This document shows positions 1 to 6,512 of a stretch of 6,676 bases of DNA, in pieces. Source of the stretch: Fonticula alba ATCC 38817 (taxonomy: Eukaryota; Protista; Nucleariida). The notes beneath the pieces were generated by a model. The model ran no database searches. It was given only the letters and a program-made list of their open reading frames with translations, and was not told the origin of the DNA. Position 1 is the stretch's first letter, and each line of letters begins with the position of its first letter. A program made the translations under genes and the position numbers. The DNA is taken from NCBI GenBank assembly GCA_000388065.2, contig KB932202.1. One strand, 5' to 3'.

Positions 1-164
1 GGGAGGCGTGAAGTCCCGGGCCGGCGGGCCGGCCCGGCCCGGCCCGGCCGAAGAGAGACGGTCGCCGGCCGGGGCGCGAGGGGGGGAGGGCGACATCGAA
101 GTGACCGCCGGTCGGGGCCCGCGACCCGACGCCACGGAGCGGGTTTGCCTGTTTGCCTGCCCCC
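1..164 (+). repeat. Terminal direct repeat, left copy
   Basis: Base-by-base identical to 6513-6676 (GGGAGGCGTGAAGTCCCGGG...GTTTGCCTGTTTGCCTGCCCCC), including the G7 run. Both copies abut the window ends, so the true repeat may be longer. Confidence 0.97.
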
Positions 165-670
165 ATCGGCCGCCGGCGCGCGAGCCCCCAGCTTGGGAGC
201 GGCCGATGGGCAATGGGCGAATGGGCGTCGGGTCGCGGGCTTGCGGTCCAAAGCGCCGGTCGGGCCGATCGCCGTTCCGCGCACTCGCCCCTCGGCAAGC
301 GCGGCCGCCCGCCCGGCATATTGGCCACCCCCGGGCCGCCGGAAGGATGGATGAGGCCCGCCCCGGTGCGGAGGTGTGGCCGGCCTTGGTCATCCGCCGT
401 GGCCGGTTGCCCCAACGGCCCCGGAGCGAGGCCCGGCATGGCCGACAGCCGAACACTTGCCGAAGGCGCCGGCCCCGGCCCCGCCCCCCCCCCGCCCCGA
501 GCAGGCAAGCAGGCCAAGACGAACGCCCAATTTTCTACCATCCTTTTTTGCATTATCCCTGGAATTGAAGGCATGGTGCCACTCCATTGCATGTTCGACC
601 GGTCCCTCTCTCGTTCGCGGGTGCAGCATGTACTCCGGGTGCGTGCGCCAGCAGGCAGGTGCGCGGGCCT

Positions 671-702
671 GTGCGTGTGTGTGCGCGCGCGCGCGCGCGT
701 GC
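671..702. repeat. Compound (GT)/(GC) alternating purine-pyrimidine tract
   Basis: GTGCGTGTGTGTGCGCGCGCGCGCGCGCGTGC. Confidence 0.85.
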
Positions 703-749
703 CGAGGGCACGTCCACACCTCGCTCGCCGCGCTCTCGGCGCTCTCCAC

Positions 750-789
750 GCAAGCATGCAAGCATGCAAACATGCAAGCACGCAAGCAA
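750..789 (+). repeat. Tandem 8-mer repeat, 5 copies (consensus GCAAGCAT)
   Basis: GCAAGCAT GCAAGCAT GCAAACAT GCAAGCAC GCAAGCAA. Confidence 0.9.
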
Positions 790-1051
790 TGCCCGAAGTC
801 CCGTAGACACCGCTCCGCCCCCGAGGGGGCCCGCCGGCCTGGCCGGGGGCTGCGCGAACTTCGGGTCGTGGCTCGGCCACCCGACCCGGAGGGGCGCGGA
901 AGACCGAGGGGCGGGGGGTCAGGATGCGTCCTACCCTTTTCCGGTCCCCAGTCCACGCCGGGTGGCCAGACTGCGGGCTGGCGAGCTGGCCGGCCGGGTG
1001 GCTGGGTCCTGGCAGCCGGCACTTGCGCCTAGGACTTCGCAGGGGAGGACC

Positions 1052-1080
1052 GGGGGGGGGGGGGGAACGGGGGGGGGGGG
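1052..1080. repeat. G14-AAC-G12 tract
   Basis: Direct count; lies 11 nt upstream of the CAATATAAAT element. Confidence 0.9.
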
Positions 1081-1091
1081 AAATGGGTGGC

Positions 1092-1101
1092 CAATATAAA
1101 T
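1092..1101 (+). promoter_or_regulatory. CAATATAAAT element (TATA-box-like or poly(A)-signal-like)
   Basis: Same 10-mer as the minus-strand copy at 2397-2388; followed by T7 (1106-1112) and other T-rich segments. Confidence 0.35.
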
Positions 1102-1326
1102 GGGCTTTTTTTCTTCGGCCGCACGCTACTTTTCAATGCTCATTCTCCCTCCTCTCCCCCGGGCTGACGGCCCGGTTGCCGGGGCTTTTTCATGTTTTCC
1201 ACCGGCCTGCAAAAGCAGCACCCGAGCATGGGGCCCCGTCCTGGGTGTGAGCGTGCCCCTCCCCTCGCCCAGGGTAAGGGGGGGCCGGCGAGGTCTGCCC
1301 ATTTTTCGGTGCCGGCGGCGGCTCGT

Positions 1327-1354
1327 GCGCGCGCGCGCGCGCGCGCGCGCGCGC
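1327..1354. repeat. (GC)14 microsatellite
   Basis: 28 nt of perfect GC alternation, counted directly. Confidence 0.95.
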
Positions 1355-1836
1355 TCACACCCGTCGGCCTCGCCCCTGCGCCCTGGACCGCGTCGGCTTG
1401 GCCGACAAACAATGGCCTGCTGGCTTCTCACGGTGCCCACCGCCTGGGAGGGCGACAAGAGGCAGGTGCATGTGCGCCAGCCCCCCCGCCCCCCTCGCCC
1501 CCCGAGCGGGCGCTCGTGCCCCTGAGGCGTTCCTCTGGCTTCGGATGGACCCTTCGCCGGGCGCCTGCACGCCTTGGCGGGTACACCCAGCCAGGGCGGC
1601 CTCAGGTGTTTTTCCCGGCCCCAGGTGCGGCCCATCCCAACTCCCCCCCCCCACCCGCGTCCCGCCCCGCTGCCCCTCTCAAGCCACTCTGCTCGCCGGG
1701 GCCAGCCCACCCGGGGCGCGGCCGGGGCACATTCCGCCGCCTTTTCTCCGGAAGGCGGGCGCGCACGAACGGACGTAGACTCGGGCCGCCGGCCGCGCTG
1801 GTCCCCTGGGCCTGGTGATGCAATGCCTGCGCGTCC

Positions 1837-1838
<2 letters not shown>

Positions 1839-1886
<48 letters not shown>
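1839..1886. repeat. (GT)19(GC)5 compound microsatellite
   Basis: GT 1839-1876 followed directly by GC 1877-1886. Confidence 0.95.
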
Positions 1887-1888
<2 letters not shown>

Positions 1889-2066
1889 TGGTAGTCTGTA
1901 CGAACAGACACCCACTTGCGAGGCCGCACACCCCCCGGCACCCTCGCCCAGGAGTCCGGGGGTGCCACACACCCCGGGCCAAGGGGGGAAATTTGGATCG
2001 GAGGGCGGCGCGCGGGGAGGGGGCCCGTTCCCCCCCGGCGGCGGCGGTGCCGGAGGGGGGGGGGGG

Positions 2067-2076
2067 NNNNNNNNNN
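2067..2076. other. Assembly gap (10 N) inside a poly-G tract
   Basis: N10 flanked by G12 (2055-2066) and G16 (2077-2092). True gap length and true adjacency are unknown. Confidence 0.97.
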
Positions 2077-2387
2077 GGGGGGGGGGGGGGGGAATGTGCC
2101 AGCCGGGGCGCGGATCGAAGAGAAGGAGGGACGCACGCCCGTCCAGGGGGCCGGCCGCGGGCAGAGTGAAAGAGAGAAGGCGGGAGAAGAAGGAGGAGGA
2201 GGAGGAGAGGGAGACCGGCCGGAAGATATGGCGAGAGCACAGCGCTCCAGGCAGGGGGCGCGACGGCAGGGGAGTGTGCCGTGGATGGGCTCCGCCCCCT
2301 TGCCCGGGAGTCCGGGCTTTTCGGCTGGCATCCTGGGCCGTGATCATGTGACGAGCGCCGAGTGCGGACCGCGGGAAGGGCGAGATG

Positions 2388-2397
2388 ATTTATATTG
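2388..2397 (-). promoter_or_regulatory. CAATATAAAT element: candidate poly(A) signal of the C9orf85-like gene, or a TATA box
   Basis: AT-rich island about 213 nt downstream of the stop codon on the coding strand; contains AATATA and TATAAA. I found no canonical AATAAA in the window. Confidence 0.4.
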
Positions 2398-2481
2398 TAC
2401 AACGCTCCGACCGGGCCGTCTGGGCCTGCTCGCGCGCGCAACACACACACACACCGGCGGGGGAGGGGCGCAGCGGAGAGG

Positions 2482-2503
2482 GAGAGAGAGAGAGAGAGAG
2501 AGA
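2482..2503. repeat. (GA)11 microsatellite in the probable 3' UTR
   Basis: Direct count; about 110 nt downstream of the stop codon. Confidence 0.9.
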
Positions 2504-2609
2504 TAGGGGGACAAGAAAGAGAGTGGAGGGGCGGCGACCGGAGGCCGAGTGTGGTGCGTCGACGGGGACACTGGAGGGGATGTGGAGAGGGAGGAGGGAT
2601 GAACAGTGG

Positions 2610-3667
2610 CTAATTCGACAGGCTGATGTTGGCAATGTTCGTCAGGGGAAGGGGGATCTCCTCCTCCTCGTCACCCTCGCCACCCTCGTCGGACTCGTCG
2701 TCGGAGTCGTCGTGGTGCTCGTCGTCATCCTCGTCGTCGGTGCCAGGCTCGGTGGAATAGTCATCCTCATCGTCATCCTCGTCGTCGCTGCTGGCAGCGG
2801 CGTGACGCTGGCCAGGGGCAACCTCATGATCGGACTCGGCGTCGCTGTCGCTGTCGCTGTCATTGTCATCATTCTTGTCGCCGCGCTCCTTGTTGCGCAG
2901 GTAGGAGCGGCGTTCGCGCTCACGGAGGGACTGGATGTGATGGCGCTCCTCCTCCTCGAGGCGCTGGCGCTCGGCGTGGGTAAGGCCACCACTGAGAGGG
3001 GGAGGGGGGCGGAAGCGGGGGAGAATGGCGTCAGTGTGAGCTTCGCAAGCCCGGGGCAAAGAGGAAGCTCCATCGAGAGAGGGAGAGAGAGAGAGAGAGG
3101 GGGGTGGGAGGGGAAGGAAAAGGAGGAAAGACGTACTCCTCAACCAAGGCCCGGGGCTTCAGGCACTTGGAGCAGACGTTGTCCCGGCGGCAGCAATCAT
3201 CGCAAATGACATGGTAGGCCTCGCGAATGGCGCGCTGCTCGCACGAGACACTGGGGAGAGAGGGGGGGGGAGAGAGGCGGCGAGAAGTCTGGCTGTCAGT
3301 GGGGGGGGGGGATGCGTGGCCCATGTCTAAGAGTGTATGTGTGTGTGCCGAGGGGGGAGGAGGGTGGGGGGGGGGAGGAGAGATGGGCAAATGGGGAAGG
3401 CGAGTCATGGAGGCGGTGCCCATCAAGACCATGATGGGACGGACGAGGGAAGGGAATGGGCACGCACCACTTCTTGGGAGTCGTGAGGGGCTTGTACTTG
3501 CGGAACTTCTTGCGCCATTCGAGCACGTCGCGGCAGGACTTGCACAGACCGTTGATGGGCAGCGAAAGGATGTGCAGAGTCTTCTTACTGGCGCGGTTGT
3601 GCTTGTAGGCCGTCTTATTCTGGTGCTTAGGCGCACCCTTGGTGACACCGCCCTTACGAGTACTCAT
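2610..3667 (-). CDS. C9orf85: C9orf85-like (DUF2039 family) conserved uncharacterised Cys-rich protein; 3 exons: 3667-3468, 3250-3137, 2991-2610; 231 aa
   Basis: Manual splicing joins three ORF-track fragments (3296..3667, 3031..3648, 2610..3143) into one frame: 200+114+382=696 nt, ATG at 3667, TAG at 2612-2610. Protein: MSTRKGGVTKGAPKHQNKTAYKHN...GLCKSCRDVLEWRKKFRKYKPLTTPKKCVSCEQRAIREAYHVICDDCCRRDNVCSKC...LRERERRSYLR, then an acidic tail. From memory this matches the C9orf85 pattern (KHQN; G-x-C-x-x-C-x-x-x-x-EWR-x-K-x-x-KYKPL-x-x-PKKC-x-x-C; YH-x-x-C-x-x-C; VC-x-KC). Family assignment is by recognition, not a database search. Confidence 0.93.
2992..3136 (-). other. Spliceosomal intron 2 (145 nt, phase 2)
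   Basis: Donor GA|GTACGT at 3136, CACTGAC at 3036-3030, C/T tract, acceptor CTCTCAG| ending at 2992. Splicing gives GA+T = Asp105 and joins in frame to GGLTHAERQR... Confidence 0.85.
3251..3467 (-). other. Spliceosomal intron 1 (217 nt, phase 2)
   Basis: Donor TG|GTGCGT at 3467, branch-point-like CACTGAC at 3301-3295, C/T tract, acceptor CCCCAG| ending at 3251. Splicing creates TG+T = Cys67 and restores the conserved PKKCVSC motif. Confidence 0.92.
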
Positions 3668-3780
3668 CTGAAGAGGGGGGAGGAACGGATGAAGAGCAAG
3701 AAGAGTGTAGAAAGGAGGAGGGGGATAGGGGGGAGAGAGAGAGAGAGAGAGAGAAAGAGAAAGAAAGATGAGAGGAGATG
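3668..3780 (-). promoter_or_regulatory. Long polypyrimidine tract ending in CAG immediately before the start ATG (candidate splice acceptor, or pyrimidine-rich 5' leader)
   Basis: On the coding strand 102 of the 110 nt at 3780-3671 are C/T, followed by ...CTCTTCAG|ATG. No other AG dinucleotide occurs until 3786-3785. No CACTGAC-type branch point is nearby. Confidence 0.5.
3733..3754. repeat. (GA)11 microsatellite within the upstream purine/pyrimidine tract
   Basis: Direct count. Confidence 0.9.
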
Positions 3781-4517
3781 GGGGCTAGGGTGGAGAGGAC
3801 ACTGGTGGGGCTGGTGTTTTGGAAGCCATCGGTCCATGGACTCAGTTGAAGGACCACCTGCTCGGGAGGTCCAGGCAGGTGGACCTATGGTCGCTTCGAG
3901 GCGGAAGCCAAGACGAGCCTGGACACGACGCCTTGAGAGGGGCACTCCCCCTGGCGCCCGCCCCCCCGGCCCCGGTCTTTCCCTGCACACACGTACACAC
4001 ACGCATACCGGCGAAGAGAGAAGCTGTGCTCGCAGGGCACAGGCGCGTACACGCCCGGGGCCTGGCCTAGGTGACACCGGACGGCGCGGCGCACGCATGG
4101 AGCGAGATCCAAGGTTTCGTTGGGACCTGGAGTGTTATTGGGGCGTGATCATGCCTGATGACCGTGGTGTGAGACGTGATCAGCATCCTCCTCCGGCATG
4201 CCTCCGCACGCATGAAACGCCTTCTGTTGTCCATATATACCTAACCTTCACCCCTTGCTGCGGGGAGGCCATGTTCGCCCGGGCGATCACTCCCCCTGCC
4301 GGGACGCGGGGCTTAATCCAGGCCCGGGATGGTCGAGATTCATTCTTCCGGTGTCGGAGGGGCCCGGGCTTGGGGCGGAAGCACCACGTCTACCCTCGCC
4401 GGGGGAGGCCTTCGTCACCAGTCCGGGCAAGCGGTCTGAGTCGTGCGGCGCCGGTTATTCCCCTTGTCAGCAAAAAGACCGGCCGGGGGGTGGGGCGAGG
4501 CCCGGCCGGGGGGGCGG

Positions 4518-4565
4518 GGCGGCGGCGGCGGCGGCGGCGGCGGTGGGGTGGCTGCCGGGCGGGCG

Positions 4566-4596
<31 letters not shown>

Positions 4597-4600
4597 GAGA
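4518..4600. repeat. (GGC)8 at 4518-4541 and interrupted (GA)10-GG-(GA)7 at 4565-4600
   Basis: Direct count. Confidence 0.9.
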
Positions 4601-4777
4601 GCGAGAAAGTGACACATACCGCGCTGCCGGTCTCCGGTCTGTCGGTGTATGGGCCCTCTATCAAATGTGCGAGCGCACGCGAGGCGGGGCAGGGGCCGCC
4701 GAAAGGGGGCTGGCCGAATCTCCGTCCGGTGGGAAACATGCGCGTCTCCGATGAAGTGCTGAGCAGCCCCTCCCTCG

Positions 4778-4821
<44 letters not shown>

Positions 4822-4840
4822 CCCCCGGCCCCCGGCCCCC
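4778..4840. repeat. C42 homopolymer followed by (GGCCCCC)3
   Basis: C run 4778-4819, then three 7-mer units 4820-4840. Homopolymer length may be unreliable. Confidence 0.9.
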
Positions 4841-6136
4841 GCGCCGTTCATATGGCGTGGGGGTGTTGCGAGGCGCGGTCGGTCGCACTTGCCTCGCAAA
4901 GGGCTTTCCCGTCCTGGATGCGGATCGCCCGACCATCGCTCCGCCGGGGGAGATGGACACTTGTGGCGGCGGGTCGCCCGGGCGGGCGGAGTGGGGGAGA
5001 AAGTACGCCCCCCCCCTCCCCCCTCCGCCCCGCCCCGGGCCCGGGGAGGAAGCACCCCGGGGCGCTCGGCCGGGACCGGCGAGCGCGCCAACTCTGTCTA
5101 TGGCGGCCAGTGGCGCGAGGTGCCCCGCAGAACGTCCAGGGGCATGCGGCGAGCGCCTGTATGCTCGTCCGCTGGCCGGGCGGCCGATCGGCCCATCGGT
5201 CGGCCAGTCGCATTCGGACGGGATGGGGGAGTGGGGCCTTTCGGCCCGGGGGCGCAGATGCCCGAGCGGGCATTTGATGTCGGCGAATGTGCATCCGTGC
5301 GCGAGCGGCCGCGCCGGCCTCTCTTGTACGATAGAGCGCCCGGGGCGAGTAATGCCTCGGGGGGGGGGGGGGGATAGTCCAAAGTCAGGGCCGGCCGGCT
5401 GGCCGGCGGGCGCCGCACCCCCTGCTCAGGCACACGCATGCGTGGGCTCGTGCGAAGGATGGGGCTTGACCGGACCGCTGGCCGGGTCAGACCAGGCCGC
5501 CGAGGAGCCAGCGCCTGGGTTCGGAGCTGCTCCCCCGCGGGCGCCGGCCTGGGGGTGTGGGGGAAGCCCCGGGCCCGCGCCGCGTGCGCCCGCGCCGAGG
5601 CGCAACCATCACCGGAAATGAATAGTGCCATGTGTACCGGCGCACACGCGGCCGGGGGCAGGGCAAGGGCAGAATTGATCCGTGGATGTGGCGACCGGGC
5701 CTGCCGGCCGGGGGGACCAGGGTGCCAGGTCGGGGCTCACCGCGCGAGCCAGAGGGCGCAGGCGTCCGTGCGACCGGCCTGGCTGCCGGCGCGCCGCGCT
5801 GCCAATGAATGTCCGCCTCTCTGGGTGTGGCTCGGCCCTGGCCGGTCTAGGAGGCACCCCCAGGCGAGGGACGCATGTCCGCCCTTCGCCCACGCGCCCG
5901 CCCCCCGCCCCCCGCCCCCCGCCCCCCGCCCCCAGGGGGGCCCCTGCGCTGGGCCCTCCTGGGCAGGCCCTCCCTTGCGAGCAGACGGGGCCGTGCGTGT
6001 GGCGCTAGGGCGGCCGTGCGTCCCCCCCGTAGCCACGAGGCGCCGCGGGCGGGTGCCAGCGATTTTTCGCCGCTGGCTCATCTTGCCGCGAACGAACTGG
6101 GATCGGCCCGGGGGTGCCTTTGCGGGCGGCCGGGCC

Positions 6137-6182
6137 TGCGTGCGTGCGTGCGCGCGTGCGTGCGTGCGTGCGTGCTTGCGCG
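6137..6182. repeat. Imperfect (TGCG)n tetranucleotide repeat
   Basis: TGCGTGCGTGCGTGCGCGCGTGCGTGCGTGCGTGCGTGCTTGCGCG. Confidence 0.9.
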
Positions 6183-6302
6183 AGGCCCTGTGCGCCGCTC
6201 CGGGCTCCTGGCGGGGAGAAACACCCGGCCGGAGGCGCAGGCCGCGGTCCTGGCCCCCGGCCGAGGGCCGGCCTCGAGCCCTCTTCTTCCCTCCGCCGGC
6301 CG

Positions 6303-6328
6303 CCCCCCCCCCCCCCCCCCCCCCCCCC
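6303..6328. repeat. C26 homopolymer
   Basis: Direct count. Confidence 0.9.
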
Positions 6329-6512
6329 ACCCCGAGGGGCCGGGCTGCCTGGGCGTCGGCCTGCCGGGCCGGCTGGCGAACAGCCAAATCTTGGCGCTGA
6401 ACCGGTTCGCCCGGCTATGGGGGCCTCTCGCCAGCGCCGGGCCCGCACCGAGACGCGCCTGTTCGCGCGTCGGCCCCTTCCAGCCATGGCGCGCAGGGAG
6501 GGCACACAACAT

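Noticed and set aside
590-610. TTCGA words (also near 2614 and 3895) suggesting tRNA T-loops
   Set aside because: No flanking 5-bp T-stem or cloverleaf could be built.
750-789. CRISPR-like array
   Set aside because: 8-nt head-to-tail units with no spacers, no cas genes, eukaryotic context.
8-2351. Overlapping ORFs of 70-400 aa in the left contig, and similar ones at 4255-6647
   Set aside because: Dominated by R/P/G/A from GC-rich and repeat sequence, several use non-ATG starts or cross the N gap, and none shows a recognisable motif. Short unrecognised exons cannot be excluded without RNA-seq.
2385-3209. 274-aa + strand ORF with long V/L/I stretches resembling a multi-pass membrane protein
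   Set aside because: It is the antisense shadow of the acidic tail: GAC/GAG/GAT codons read GTC/CTC/ATC on the other strand. It also runs through intronic (GA)n.
653-3881. AGGCAGGTG three times (653-661, 1460-1468, 3873-3881)
   Set aside because: A rough hand estimate suggests some 9-mer of this composition occurring three times in 6.7 kb is not surprising; no positional logic.
4225-4445. U1-like ATACCTAACC, RNase MRP-like GGGGCTTAAT and RNase P-like GGTCTGAG words
   Set aside because: Each match is short and imperfect, and the partner motifs and helices needed in the right order are missing. An Rfam scan would be decisive.
3227-4612. Longest ORF (461 aa, + strand)
   Set aside because: Antisense to exon 1 and intron 1, translates microsatellites (RERERE, RRRRRR, GGGG), has no recognisable domain; long stop-free frames are expected at this GC content.
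5234-6408. Short hairpins and palindromes (5234-5247, 5255-5276, 6371-6395, 6399-6408)
   Set aside because: Stems of 5-9 bp are common in GC-rich DNA; no link to a gene end, and bacterial-type terminators are not relevant here.
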